A stretch of 63,991 nucleotides of DNA, counting the filler, from Sphacelaria rigidula (taxonomy: Eukaryota): the NCBI GenBank assembly GCA_964200075.2. It is 10 parts of 10 records of this genome, joined end to end, with 100 filler letters (N's around TTAATTAATTAA, not from the genome) between each part and the next. Parts side by side here need not be neighbours in the genome. Positions count along the whole stretch, not along the records: positions 19,229 to 25,537 come from CAXNAA020020868.1; positions 25,638 to 31,946 come from CAXNAA020020869.1; positions 32,047 to 38,355 come from CAXNAA020020870.1; positions 38,456 to 44,764 come from CAXNAA020020871.1; 6 more parts are not named here. One strand, 5' to 3'. Made by a program: the position numbers and the translations under genes. The notes beneath the pieces are model-generated. The model saw nothing but the letters and a program-made list of their open reading frames with translations, ran no database searches and was not told the origin of the DNA. Positions 24,820 through 39,284 of the stretch are shown in pieces. Position 1 is the first letter of the stretch. Each line of letters begins with the position of its first letter.

Positions 24820-26044
24820 GTATGGCATGCACATCGTTGATGACGGGAGATACCGCTTTCGGAGCATGTGGCGGTAGAGATAAAATGGTTGACGACCCTA
24901 TGAAAGGGCGGGGTTCGTGAATATGTTCCGTTACACGACCCTCGACACATCGGTCGTGCACATGTACGGGAACGGTTATTGTAACTAGACATATTGTAGT
25001 GTCCCGTGTCTTGCATTCCACATCCCGTGACACGTTTCCGCATCATGCCCGCAGCCCTGGCCCCTAATATCATCGTAATGAACCCGAAAAATAGCAATGT
25101 CAGATCTGCAGTGTAAGGCAGTCGTGGCGTATGTAGTATCGGGGCTGTGCGTGCCCCAAGTGCATGAAGCAAGCGCCAGTCCTGATTTTCTGGGGTGCCC
25201 ATTTCCACATCTGAAAATGAAATGCAACGTCGCGATGGGCCACCCCAGAGAAATCGGGCTCTGCTGCTCATTTCATCCAGTGTGCTGTACGCACAGCATT
25301 CATAACTTGTTTTATCTTGAAGTAAGCCAATTGCCGCGCAGAAACTGATCCAAAGATTGCAAAGAAGCGTGGCCAGTTGTCGTGTTCAATTTGCCCCGTT
25401 TTTGGTTTTTGGTCCTGCCCCTAACCCCGCACATTCCTCGGAACGAGTCCGTAGTCTCAGTGATGAAGATGTCATCTCAAGATGTCATCTCTTGCTGGCG
25501 ATGTTTTTTTTTATTTCCTCACACTTTGAACCCCTCCNNNNNNNNNNNNNNNNNNNNNNNNNNNNNNNNNNNNNNNNNNNNTTAATTAATTAANNNNNNN
25601 NNNNNNNNNNNNNNNNNNNNNNNNNNNNNNNNNNNNNCCGATATCTGAAAACTGATTATTGCCCATAACTCATAAAAAAAAAAATGTGTGCACTGGTGAT
25701 TTTTTTCTAATTTGCCCTATTCGTTGTTCATACCAAATTTCAGGGTCCAACTCTAAGTATTGGCCGTATAATGGGCCGTTTAGTGACGGGGTCAGAAGAC
25801 GTTCGGAACAGCATTTTGCAGGCCACTTACCGGCTCACGTTTGGTTTTTGTGGATTGAAACTCTGTGTGGGCCGTGACCAGGGCATAATTGACGAAACAA
25901 AGTGCGTGAGGTTGATTTTTTCTCATTTTTTCACTGGTTTAGGGCGTTTTAGTATGGAAATCGCCGTTCTTTTACGAGAACGCCCGAACCTGTCCCCCCC
26001 CCAAAAAAAACATTACTGAGGGCCCATTTTTTTTTATACAGCGT

Positions 26045-26655
26045 ACCTCTGTGGTTTTTTATCCTGAGTTTCAAATGAAAATTCTAAAAAGTGAGCTAAA
26101 AACTTGAGATAGGGCCCAAACGCAGTGTTCCTTTCTCCTCAAAACTGCCCCCAAAACCCGAAAAAAACGAAAAAAAACGAAAACTTGAAAAATCTGTGTT
26201 TATAAGCTTTATTATGCACTAGCGGTTCTCCATACGAAATTTTATAGCATAACTCTCAAAAACTGAGACGCGATATCCAGGTTTAGCTAATCTGGCGCTT
26301 CTGCTCGTAATATACTGATTTTAGTATGCAAACTGATGTGCGCCATATCTCGAGATAAATAACCAATTAGGTGAAGGTGAGGGTATATATCGTCTACCCG
26401 TGCTCCAGGGAATGTCCACACCAAAATTCGTCGTCATCCGCTGAACGCATCGATCGGGGGTTTTATGGAGATTTTAGTATGGACGCTATCTCCCTTAGGT
26501 ATAGGAATTACTAGACATGGGGTTTGATCAACGAGAAAATATGGGCCCAAAAATTTGAGCAGATGGGCACCTTCTCCTTGGTTAGACGATGAATACAATA
26601 TGCGGATCATGGCCCAACTCGTCCGTGTCGACGAGATATTGCTTTGAGAGCTTAA
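26045..26655 (+). repeat. Second copy of the dispersed repeat at 21350-21930
   Basis: Direct similarity between the two regions, aligned by eye. Confidence 0.8.
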
Positions 26656-27729
26656 ACCCGTGTCTAGGCTGGCCCAGCTCGTAGTGCCATGCGTAGAACG
26701 TTGCGCCAGGATTCGTAACCCTGAGCTCATGATTATGAAGGCCAAGTTTGTGATTTAGTACGATGTTTCTCCGTATACACACCCGGCCCGCTGTCGAGAA
26801 ACGTGGAGATAGACAGTAACCCCTTGTTGTGAAAAATTGAAAAAACTTTGCCTGAGAATCAGAGCTCGAGATCTCCCAATATGTCAAGTAGCCAAGTACG
26901 AAACCGCCTAATTCTCAATCACACGGATAGAAAACGTGGCATTGCGACGCACCAGGCACTAAAGGAAATGGGATCCACGCTTGTTGTCGCGGACCACCAG
27001 TATCTCTGTCATGATGTCGCTTTGAAATCTGGTAAAGGGTGGCTATGTTGTGCTGTGCTGCGATGCACATTTCTGCCATAATCGATAGACTCATTCAACT
27101 TTCGAGTTGTACACTCTTTTTTAACCCAATTTGAATCCAAGTGACCAACATGTTCCATCTTAGCGCGGGTATTCTTCTCATGACACTGCAACTATCCACC
27201 CTCCAAGTAAAAGGAACCAGGCAACTGTTCAAAAGTAATCTGCCGATTATTACATTGAAAGAACGGGCAGCAGACAAGGAAATCAGCTTGCAGCCGCTAC
27301 GATTTTTTCCTGAAAATCCTTAATCGTGCCGGGTGCGCACTGCGCATATCCCGGATAGTCTCAATGTGTGTCAAGAAATTCAAGGGTTGTAAGTGTAACA
27401 CGACCATGTTCGTTCGGCGGATCTCAAACATCAAACATCGGCATTCGAGGCCAAATAACGTCGCAACATCGTCGATGGACTAAGTGGGTGCAGAAGAATT
27501 TCAGTTTCGAAAGCTGATGGTACAAAACTTCGATCTCGCGAGAATTGACAGCGAAGCAGATGCTCGACAACCGACGATAAGATATCAATTTATTCATGTT
27601 GCTGTTCATATGGACATTGGATGCGGCCGCCCCTTGTGCAGGACCTCCTACTTTTTGGCTCTGCTAGCCGAAGCAACTGACTCTTCCAGGAATGAAAATA
27701 GATGAAGACCAGGTCGACCCATTTCACAA

Positions 27730-30700
27730 TCAATAGTGGAGAGGCATCTGCGATGCGCGCCGTAAGTGCATCCGGGGAAGATTGTGATATGGACGGTCCT
27801 CCTTGTCCTCTTCCTCGAACATGAACGCCTTGTCCTGAAAATCGTCATTGCGGGTCACGGGCGAAGTTTAAAGTGGTCATAACTTGAAAGGGGGTGAGTG
27901 TAGAGGTTCTTGTTCTTTTTAGCGCCGTTTCAAGCATATTCAACGATGTTTGCGTGCTCGTAGTGAGAACGGCGACCAAAATAATTGCGGGAGTAGCCCA
28001 CCTCGACAGTCCATTTCTGCCTCCCGGACACTCGTTCTGCAATGTTGTTATCTTGGATATATCGCGCCACTGCCTTGCCTACCATCCCTTCGACGGATTT
28101 ACCCTGCTTGAGAAGATGCCGCACCTGCGAAGACCAGGGATGTACGATACGCGCCATTTGTCATGGCCACCACTGTATCTTTTCACTGAAAATGTTGCGG
28201 TAAAATGGAGTCCACCTATGTCCACCAGATGGTGGACATAGCGGAACTGGAGAGTGCGTTCCTTGGCATCACTTCTCAGCACCGCATTTCTCAACCAATG
28301 CCACCGAGTACTGCTATGAAGTACCATGGAGAACAGTTGTAAAAATTCGCCAGTTCTTGTGTGAACGGTTAAGCTAACATCATTAAGCTAGCGACGCTTC
28401 CCACTCACCATCGCCGAAGACGTTTTCTCAAGCTCCGCGCCCAATATCTCACCATCCTCCACAACATTCGTGATGCTGCGAAAGCTCGGACTAAGCTCTT
28501 TCAGAAGCCTCTCCTTCTCAAGCAGGCGACAAACCGTGATCACGCCGAACCCTCCCGCTCGCAGCAAGGCTGGATTCAGGTGATACATCTACATGGACAC
28601 ACACGACATGAGAGGAAGGTGTCACTCACTACCCCGTTCGAAAGTGGCCAAAAAGGTTGCGGATAGGCACGCCGTTCTCTTCTACGGGTGACCTTGTCGC
28701 GTTGCACCGACGCGTATACCGTGAGTGTGCGCAGTCTACTGACCGGAAGAATCTCTGGATTTCGAGCGGTGTTCTCGACCTTTGCGTAAAGCTCAACGTA
28801 TTTCATTGCGCCTGAAGGGCAGAAGTGTACCGATCCCTACCTGTGATGCTTGGCACATGTACAAAATAGTGATGTCGCCCACGTGCCCAGGGAAGGTTTC
28901 ATGACATACTTCCTTCGCGTGCTCCAAAACACTCATGTAGTCCATGATACGCTTCCGCGTGACCTCCCAGGGGTCCACAACGAGCCAACTGTTGCACGCG
29001 AGAAAGCACGACGGGCAAGATATCACGGTCTAGAGATGCACAGGTGGTGAGTGCTCTTCTCTGGTGGATATACACGTCTTCGCTCACGGCGGTAAAATTT
29101 GCCACATGTATTTTGTCGGTTGGTATCAGCTGTCACACAGTGATCGATGTAGGTGCCGCGGTTGCGGCAGAAAGCAACCCTATCAGGAATACCAAGAGAA
29201 ATTTCACGTGTCGACACCCGCTTCACCTTTACCTCCTTTTCCCCACGGCCGCGCGAGCCATAGACAGCCTGTGCTTCGGTGGGATGATTTCCGCGGCCCG
29301 GACTCGATGTCGCTGACGGACCAAAGTTGGGTGAGAAGGTGAGACGATCCCGCCCACGACTCTCATCTACGCAGGGGAGAAATGGCAAAGAGCGGTGTTT
29401 GAGATAAATTTTGGCAAGCCCGCTGTCATCCCACTTGCGACATACGAGCATAATTGACGTGCATATGCAGTTGAGAAATGTTACGCTGAAAAATGGGGCT
29501 CGTTTGCCCGGGGTGGCGACAGGGGGTAGGACGAGAAAGCAGCACAGCTCAAAGAAGATACTGAGGCAAGAAACGGCCGAACGAATAACAGCAGGGATAG
29601 ATACCCACACAAGGTACGAGCCAAAGTCACTGGTGTACGTGGCCCAAAGTGAAACCTCGCCTAAAAAAAGAAATTTTGAAGTCCACGAACACTGGCATGC
29701 GCCCAGGGTGCCCAAGCGAAGACCCTCACCCCACGAATTTCCCTCAAACTGGCCAATAAGAATGAAGAACTGTGTATAGCGCGCAGAGTACCGCCGGCGA
29801 TGCTATGCTGTACACTTGCGACTTACAGGCCGCCACTTCTGATCACTTCATGTACACAATCGCCGGTTCGAAAAGTACCCGTGTGCGTTTCTGTGGCGAA
29901 GGTTATCCCAGACTCGACGCGTTAGTTGGATGCTTAATGCATGAGTTTGGCAACGCATGCTGTCCTAACAAGTGACAATCGCGTTGTTGCCTGCTAATCG
30001 TGCTTTATCCCAAAGCTCTCTCACCCCCAAGTCGGCCTCCAAGAAAGCCCTTGCCAGATGGAATCTTCGTATGTGTAGCTTGTGTACGGGGTTGAACGTC
30101 CCAGACCCAACGAGCAGCACCTTCGGCCGCAGTTCGCCTCCTTTTCGTAAACCTTCTTTCACCCTTGCCACGACAGCGTTCGAACTCAAGGGGTTCTTTG
30201 GAGATAGGAGAAGTGATCTCGATGACCCAGCTCGAACGACACGCAATTTCGGTTTAGAAGATGCCCCGACAACAACCACGGGCGAATTGTTTGTGCTCTC
30301 GCTTGAGCCATGGCTGCCGCACTCTCCATTGAGTTGGTCTTTTCCAGTACTGCGCAGTACTCGACAGAGCGGGGGCTCATCAACCACCAGATCGTCGAGT
30401 GATTTTTCACATGAAGCGGCAGTATCTCGATACGCTTCTGCCAAGCCCGTCTTCTCTTGTGATTGACGACGACCACCGCCGACTTGTCTTGCAGAGGGAG
30501 CCTCCATCCGTTGATATTTACAATCCGCTAGTGCGCAGTTCTCACCATCATCTGGCAACTCACTATGACTGTGAAATTCAATGCCGAATGCGCCTGATCC
30601 ATATTGCGTCGTTGTCCACTGCTGTACAGCTGGGAAACTGGGATGGATGGCAATCCCATCAGATCTTTCATCAGATCTGAAATGCTGCGCCGATACCACG

Positions 30701-31134
30701 CGTGGTGCACCCACTTCCCCAACAGTCGCCGGTGATGGACGTTCAACGTCGCAGCAAGGATCATGTTGTACAGTTCCAGTGTGGGGGAGGTTTCCGCGTC
30801 CTAGGGTACACTTCTGGCCGATCGGCTGTGTCCACGGTATCGATTGCTCCTCGGGCGACCGAATCGGAGTTGCACCCTGGATAGTTGCTAGTGAACGCAC
30901 AGCAGATAGCCTTCTTTTCCTGCGGTGACGAGGTGAATCGTAGCTATGACCAGATAGGACTTGCCCGTATCCTCGTGTGTGGTTTTTGGGTAGAAGGTCA
31001 CGGACCAAATTCGAGAAGCCGAGGTCGTTTTCAAGACGCTTAACTCGTTTCCATTGCCTCGTAGTCGATCCCTGCTCCGCTTCGCCGTCGGCCGAAGTTG
31101 CCTGGTGGCGAATCTGTGGTAAAGAAGTCGCCAT
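27730..31134 (-). CDS. NMNAT-like (cytidylyltransferase-fold) protein, 599 aa; exons 31134-30025, 29366-29233, 28988-28841, 28588-28409, 28124-28002, 27834-27730
   Basis: All five introns are GT-AG and phase-compatible (1800 nt spliced). Motifs GTFNPVHKLH, GGIVSPSH, HRLSMARAA, SWLVVDPWE, VLEH, TSSAMVR, V..YIQDNNI. Confidence 0.88.
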
Positions 31135-32046
31135 AATTGTCCGCCAGCATCTGTCCTCTTGGTGTGTAGACGACGAGGGACTTTCAGATGGTATTTACCA
31201 GTTGCTAACAGCGGAGAAGGTGTAGAAAAGGTTGGATGCGGTGTAACTGCACTACGTACGTCCCAGGTGGCACAGGATATTTTTGTTCCGGTTCGACGAG
31301 TCGGCGGTCTCTACATCATTTATTTTCTTTTGCATGTAGGCCGGTCATTATTTCGCCATATCACATGTTCCATGTATCTGTGAAGTGTTGCCTCACAACG
31401 ATGGGATCCGCGATCGGGACAACAAGAGCAGCGACTCCACCAACTTCAGACGAGTTGACCGCGTATGTGGCAGTCAGAAAGGTCGGTGAGGGAAAGATTG
31501 CAAACTGTGTGCTGTATATTTTGTATGATCCATGAGTACAGTCAGTATCTCAACAACGAAAGACGCGTACTGTGGTGTGTTCTTGGCGACTACACTGTCC
31601 GCGACTGTGTGCGTGTACTACCTACACCATAAATTGCACACAATGACTCGCAGATCATGTCGGTGCCATGGGAACCCAAACGACGGCTGTAGCCACGCAG
31701 GAGAAGTGTACAAAACTGTTGTGAAACTGATAATCAACGATGGTAACGTCAACCTCTCGATTTTATCAGCCTCACCAAGATGGGGATATACTGATACACG
31801 AGCATCGCAATGACCCACTGCGACGACAATGTACCACTCGTTGTTTGCTTGTCTGCTTGCAGCTCCGTTTCTCTGCTGCTGTTCTATCCATCACGGCGAA
31901 CACTACAGGTGTGACTAGAGCCTGCGAGCCAATCACAAGCAGTTTTNNNNNNNNNNNNNNNNNNNNNNNNNNNNNNNNNNNNNNNNNNNNTTAATTAATT
32001 AANNNNNNNNNNNNNNNNNNNNNNNNNNNNNNNNNNNNNNNNNNNN

Positions 32047-32116
32047 AGATAAGGAGCTCCTAACAATTCTAACCTCAGAAAGTATTTCTGTACCCCTACC
32101 GTAGCATCACTCACTG
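32047..32116. mobile_element. One end of a CAGTG-type MITE abutting Gypsy RT
   Basis: Reverse complement matches 41724-41790 (cccctaccgtagcatcactcactg). Confidence 0.7.
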
Positions 32117-33800
32117 ACGGTGAATAACCAACGATTGAACGCTGTCACCAAAATTGCCAGGCTGCCACTTTCATGGGTTGATGGAATTATTGACTCTCTT
32201 GGCGGGGGCAAGGTGCATTTCAACGTGTAATTTACCGTGCGACTGATGGATTGCCCAAATACCATATGTACCTTGATGATGCAGGGTGCCACGACTGCAC
32301 ACCGGCCAAACACGTCGAGCACCTGGCATCATTCTTTAATCGGTTTGTACAACACGATTTGAAACTCTCCCCCTCGGAATCCCGCATCGGCGCCACGAAG
32401 ATTGAGTTCTTGGGCCATTGCATCACCCCTGAAGGTCGTAGGAGCCCAAACCTAGACAAGGTCGCCGCACTCGCCGATATGCCCATGCCAAGGGGCATTT
32501 CTCAACTGCGTTCCTTGTTGGGAGGTCTCAGCTACTACAGACAGTACTTGCCAAACCTTGCCCAAACGCTACAACCTCTCACCACCCTAGACAAAAAAGG
32601 GGTGAGATTTGTCTTCACATCGGAAATGGAAAAAACCGTCCGCCGTCTTCTTGACACCCTTTCGCGCGCCGATTCTCGTCTTCCCCGACTGGTCGGAAGC
32701 GGAATACGGTTCCCGCCCTTTCCATCTCGACACAGATTCTTTCATAATTGGGTTCTGCACATTAGAACAGGAGCAAGACGATTCTACTGCTCGTCCCATT
32801 GGATACCTAATCGCGCCACTTTTCCAAATGAACAGAATTGGTCTGTCATGGAACAAGAGGCCGGCGCAGTTGTCTGGGGCGTGCGACGTCTGCGTCATTA
32901 TTTGTATGACATCCCGTGTGTGACTTACACGGATTATAAGTCTTTGGAAAGCCTCGCCAAAATGGCGGAACACAACGCTAGGGTACAACGCTGGTTCGAA
33001 ACCCTGTCGTCTTACAGCTTCCAGTTGAAATATCGCACAGGCCCGCAAAATGCAAACGCCGACTTACTGTCACACTTGCCCACACCGGCTCAACCTATCG
33101 ATGAATCCCCCATGGGACGTATCACCGATGCCACGAAAGACATTGTATTTCTCATCATCAGGAATGGACGGTCGAGAGTGCGGACCCCTGGAACGCGTTG
33201 AGGTAGATAGGATTTCGGGCCATCAACTGGTGCACCGTCGTGGTGGTAAGATAGCGATAATGTATCAAACACATTGGAAGGGTATCATGCGTGTGACATA
33301 GGAGAGTGAAGCTGATTTGCGTCATTTTCGTCCGGGGATATTGCTGTACTGGGTAGGAGATGGCGTCCAACACCGCCCGTTGAATAAATAAGCGATATCG
33401 GTCTATGCGCAAGGGAGCTGCCGCTCGGGAACTGGCACGTGAGCACTCAGCGCGGTTTGTTGTATCAGGCTTTAGCCTTCTTTGGCGTTTACAATACATG
33501 CAGTCTTTTGACGGACAACGCTTGCCGAAGAAGGCGTACTTTTGGTGTAACGCCTTTGATTCACTGTGGTGGTTAGGTAAGATTCATGTGGTCGACCCTG
33601 CATCTGACAACTCCTACTTTATCCCCTTCCTCGATGATCCGGGCCCCCTTAAGATTTGCTTGGATGATGCCTACTAGACCGAGGTGCCGACCGCCCGCCG
33701 GGGATCCTGGTGACTCCAACGACACGACCAAGGCGATCTCGACACAGCCGTTCTACGCAACACGGACACCACTTGGGATGCAGAAGACTCATGATGCCGC
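32117..33800 (+). mobile_element. Degenerate Ty3/Gypsy pol (RT, RNase H, chromo-like C-terminus; integrase core absent)
   Basis: YLDD, FLGHCITPEG, QLRSLLGGLSYYRQY, EAGAVVWGV, TDYKSL, NANADLLS, then VDRISGHQLV..YQTHWKG; frameshifts and stops. Confidence 0.9.
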
Positions 33801-36239
33801 ATCCGAGTCTGTTCACCTTGCGTAGTGTACCATGTTCGAGTCGCCTATCGTGCCTTAACGTCGTTGGGAAACCATGTGTTCCCCCTCCCCCCCGTTTCAT
33901 TTTTTTTCCGCGCTGCTGTAACCTCGTACTCGTAGTGTTTGTATTTATGGTATTTCGTATTTTGTATTTGCTTTTTGTATTTTTTTGGCTTGGACCCTGC
34001 ATAAGTGTTTTGTTTTTGATCTTGTATCGTGTTGCTTTCTCTTCGCCTGTTTTTTATCTCTTCGCCTGTTTCTTTTATTCTTGTGTTTGATGTAGATATA
34101 TCTGTTTCTATTCGGTTTTCTTTCTGGGTTTATATGGCGAAGTATGACGTTACGCCCGTTCCACAAACTTCTCTGACCGCAAGTCTGGAACACTTGAACC
34201 TTCGTCCCCCTCGCGTATAGTCGCGACCATTCCATATTCCGGAACAGTCACCACGAGTTGTTTTCCTCCTGTCTCTTTTTTTTTCGTTGTACGCACATTC
34301 TGTCTTGTTTTGTTCATTAAACTGCCTTTTTTTTCTCTATTTGTTTCGTTCGAGAGTTTCCGGAGCGAGCGCTAGACATCCCTGACCCCCACGTCTGGAA
34401 TATTTGCGCTCTTGTTCAATCGCTCCGCACGCGAATACCGCCTCCCTCTTCGGGATCGGTCGTGACGTGTCTCCTTTAGTGTGCGTTCCACTTCGGGGTT
34501 TGATATTAATGGGCGATAGTAACCGAAGCCGAGTGTCTGAAAAATTTTACCTTCTTGGCTGAAAATTTTGACCCTACTTGCTTCGTACACACGATAGCCG
34601 CTCCTGTTTACAAGGACGGTCGCCAGGTTTTCTTTTTCTGCTTCATGTTTCTGACGTTTTGTTTCGCTGTTGCCCAGCGTACCCCTGGTTTTGTATTTAT
34701 TTTGGCTTTGGTTTTTGCGTCTATGTCGAAAAATTCGCCAAGAGCGTTCCAACGTTCCTGACCCTCGACCCTCGAGTCTAGAACACTTGACCTACTTTGT
34801 TTTTCGCGAGTCCTGCACACGTGTGACCGACCTCGTTTATAGGAGGGTCACGTGTGATGCGACTCAACGGATGATTTATACTTTGGTGATTGGTAAGTTA
34901 CAACGCACCACTGGCCGCGTGGTACGTAACGATGTTGAGGAGTTATCATTGAAATCGCGGTATAATTGGTTGCAAACGTCTCCTCAAACAGGATGGATTG
35001 CTCTTCCGGAACTGTCCATTCCGCCATCTCGATATTCGAGCATTGGTACCGCCTAAATGATCAGAGTCCGCCATTCGCCATTTTTCTTTGTCACTTTTGA
35101 CCATTTTTTTGTGTACCGTTACCCGCCCATAAAATCGGTCGATGGTGTTTTGTTTTTATCAGGGGCTATTGGACGAAGTAACGTGACGGTACGACCGACT
35201 GTTGTGTTCACTCCAGTTTGTGATCAAGCCAGTTTCGTCTTAGTCCGAACGGACAATACTGTGAGGGGTGGACTGCTTTGGTCCTCTCTGTCCCGTGTAT
35301 TTGTCGTGGTTCAGATATGTGTTGGGCGATTCGCCTCGGAACTGCATACCACTCTGGCCGGAAATATGGCGTCGTTTCAGACAGAAACCGGCAAAACTTC
35401 GCCTGGAGAACGTTTTTTTCGGAACAAATCTTTGCATTGGATTCCTGCTGTTCTCACAAGACTGTAAAAGCCGTTGATTTTTGCAAAACACAAATTTCCA
35501 ACCCTTCACTGGCAACCGCAAGAGCAGTACTTCGACCTGCGGCCACGTATTCACTCGCTGTGAGGGGGTATCAACTTTTTTTTCACCAAAGAGCTTTTAC
35601 TGCGGATTCATGACTATCCCGGGAGACGGTCAAGTCGGGTGATTTTTTAAAAATCTCAATTTGGCGGAATTTTGATCGCATGTCGGTTGGCGGGTCTCCA
35701 GCTGGCCCTGGGTCTCCGGCTGGATTGTCCACTGGGTTTATCAGCAATGGTTCGACTGGGTCTGCGGAAATCATGGGTACAGTAAACCCGACAGAAGCCC
35801 TGTAGAGTAGTCCACCTCCAGTACACGTACGGGCAGGTTCATGATGATATACAAGTGGAACAATCTGCTGTAGGCGTTTTCTATTGGTTGACGGACTTGG
35901 GGGTCTGATCGGCAGACTATGTAGATTTGAACATGACATGCTTCACGCATGTGGTTACTTCCGATAATGAAGGCTGTGTGTTTATGAATAACAACTGTCT
36001 TGAAGTCTTCAGGCCCTAGTGAGGGAGGAAGCCCTTGGAGCAATCTTGTGACCTTGTTCTGAGTCGAGGAGGGCTCTATAATGAATGTTTATTATGAGGA
36101 ACCCGCTGGTTTCTGGAAGAGGTTTTTCAGCTGTGGGCAGCTGCGGGGAAATAATCTAAAACTCTGTACGTAGGAGTGTGCACTCTGTAACGTGAGGGAG
36201 CTCGCTGACAACAGAGAGACGACTAGGTTGGCTGCAACT

Positions 36240-38355
36240 GTTGCGTGCAGCTATGGCAACGCGCGAGAAAGTAGGTGATGGCGATGCAGGCGAAGAGGTG
36301 AAGTTTAAGTTTATCGAGCTTATGCCTGCAGGATCGCTGAAAGCCCCAGAGTTAGGCATTTTAGCGACAATGCGTCCCGACGTTTTCATCAGAAATACGT
36401 CGAGTATGAAGAGGCGGTCAAAATGAACAACAAATGACGTAGCATGCAGGCGTGTTACTTACTGACTGTTACTGAACTGGTGCCGAAGCACATCCGTGCA
36501 TGTTTGTAATGCACGATTTTTGACGGATCCGTCCTTGACGAAGATGATCTCAAGGAGGCACTTGGCCGACACGCGAAATACTGGCAGGATGAAGAGATTG
36601 ATCCTTCAGTTGCTGCTGCTGGTGTGCGGAAAGCGTTGGCGGCCGGCAACGAGCAAACTGCAATGGGAAGAGTAGAACGGAAGTGGGGTGCCCTGGAGGA
36701 ATTTTTGGCGCAGAATGCTAGCGCTGAGCGTGCGTTCCGTGATGATGCAGATCTCAAACCAGGACCCGCTCAAATCATACCACGGGAAATGTTGAATGGA
36801 CTGACCCCCCCCCGAATTCAAAACTAAAGTCCTTAACATGTTGAACATGAAGGGGGGGTGGAAGGAGGACCCTGGGCTTGTGTTTAACACGGCTTGGGAA
36901 GCAGCCGAGGCATGGAAGACGGTGGAAGCGGCGGATAAGCTGCGCCGTCAGCAGCCGCAGCTGAAACAAAAGGGCGGCAGCGGGACCTCCGAATCCAAGA
37001 GCGAACCGAATGGTGGAAAAACAGCGACCGCTGGCAGTGAGACTGCCAGTTCCAGGGAATATGGGGAACCGGGCGCAAGCTATGCAGATTGTTTCTCATG
37101 GTGAGACAAGGGCCATTTCCGGAAGGATTTGCAAGCAGCAAGGCCAGGCTGCTACTCCACAACATACTACAGGTGGGCAGACGAAGGCCGGCGACACGCA
37201 GCAGCAACAACAACAGCCGCTGTCGCAGGGCCCTGGACAGGTGCCTCGCGGAGGGGGCACGAGTCGGGCCCCTACAAGGGCTGTCTTTTCAGCCGATGGA
37301 CAAAGTGCTCCCAGCGGGGGGCGACGTTGCCACCAGAACCGGTCGCTTCTACTGGTGGCGTGCAGCAGACCATCTCATCGCACTCTTTCCCGGGTTCAAA
37401 ATCTGAGGCGGTGCCAGCATGGAGATCGCTCTAAGCGGGTGAGGTGTCAGGTTTTCGATCTGAGGGTCTGCAAGTAGATAACAAGGAAACGTGGTGTCGT
37501 GCCGACTTGTCTGTCCCGAGTGCAGGGGCACAGACTGTTTGTCCGGTCAAGGCTATTTTAGACTCGGGATCTGGGCATACGACCATGTCAGTGGGTGTAG
37601 CGGCGAATTTGCAAGCTATGGTTCCAGATGTTCGAGTGGTCACACCGATGGTTAATGAACAGCTGATGACACCGGCTAACGGCAATATTGAGCGCGTGAA
37701 GCAGAAAACTTGCCCTGTCCGAACCGCTTTACACACCAGCTTGGGACCGGTTGTGCTGGACCCATGTTCATATGCGGTCATGCCGGGTACAGATGATGTG
37801 ATCATCATGGGGAGCCCTACGCTGGAGGCGCTGGGCATTGACGTGTACACTAGCTTACGTGCCTGTGCACGTGCAAGAAACACTTCGGTGCGAGGTGTAA
37901 ACACGCCTGATTTCACGGACTGTCGGCGTGTCAGTACCGCGGTTGACGCTTTACAGCAACCAGGAGGCCGGGCGGAGCCCGTTTATTCCTCAGTCGAGCG
38001 GTTGTTGTCGAGAAGTCCGGCGATGAGCATATCCCCGGAACAAGAGCTTGCTGAGCTTGATGTTGCGCCGGAGGAGACAGTACAAGCCGCCGCGGATGAC
38101 GGTATGTCGGAGAGCGACGTGAGCCAAATTCGTGAGCCTGTACGGAATAGAGCGAGCATTTCTAGGCGAGTGCTGCATGGTTATCCGCCTGCTCGCGTCG
38201 AGCCCTTGAAGGTGAAATTCAAAGCTGTTGCTGTGGAGGCAAAGGCTCGGCCGAGGGCGTACTTTCCGGTCGGGATGGCGTGGTTGGCACGCTGCATCGC
38301 AACATTGGTGGCGCTCGGGCTCGTGTACTGCAGTTTGCAGGTAGAGCGGGCGACA
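36240..38355 (+). mobile_element. Degenerate Ty3/Gypsy gag-protease and pre-RT region
   Basis: Broken CCHC-like knuckle near 37090-37130; aspartic protease AILDSGSGHT and DVIIMGSPTL; PPARVEPLKV..KARPRAY. Confidence 0.8.
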
Positions 38356-38561
38356 NNNNNNNNNNNNNNNNNNNNNNNNNNNNNNNNNNNNNNNNNNNNT
38401 TAATTAATTAANNNNNNNNNNNNNNNNNNNNNNNNNNNNNNNNNNNNNNNNNNNNAAGCACTGTTTTAGGCTTGAGCCTCATCTCGAAGTTAAACCTCAA
38501 TTCTCACAATTTGTTGTTCTTATATATATATATATATATATATGTATCTACGCCAAAGTAT

Positions 38562-38740
38562 GGGGGGGGAGGTGTACTCATGACCATGCATGCCATATTA
38601 ATAGTCATAAGACCATTGACGGGGGGATATACTAATGATCTCCCATGCCGTAGTCGTATGACCACTGATTTCGCATCCCTGCAAAGCCGGGACGGAGCAC
38701 TCCAGGTATTCGCCGGATCAGGCTCACAATCACCAAGCGC
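38562..38740 (-). mobile_element. Two stacked C-run-ended family B 3' ends
   Basis: gggggggaggtgtactcatgaccatgcatgcc and gggggatatactaatgatctcccatgccgtagtc...cggatcaggctcacaatcaccaagc. Confidence 0.65.
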
Positions 38741-39284
38741 GAAGCGCCGTGAGGTGTGCGGCAGGGAGAGATAAATTGATTCCTTGAGGCGACGGAACTA
38801 TCCCGAGGAAGGGACGGGATAGAAGTGAAACGAGTAAAGATGATCATAGATATTCATCATGGATGTGGACGTCCATCCCGAATACCCATCTGGGATATCC
38901 GTTGTAGTCAGTATAATGGAAGAGTATCCTTTCCATCTCTCACGTTACAGTTTTCAAAAGTACCACCATGCCAACACGCCTTGCATTATACCGCCATTGA
39001 TTTGGTTGCACTATGGTGGCCGGTGTCAATATGCCGTTGATCGTGGCTGATGCACGAAGCATCACGACGCGCTGCACATGATTGGCAACGGCCCTTTACA
39101 TGTAGATGTTGTCTCCCCACCAGAAATCGACTAATTCGAATCTTTCAGTGGTTCGAGCGATTCAACGGTAAACAGATGCGTGGCGAAAGACCCGAGGCAG
39201 TGCGTGCTTTCATTCAGTTGCGGGAGGCGCAAGAGGGCGAGCCAGTCGTCAAATGGCAACTAGGCCCGGGCGTGCGGTAGACAC

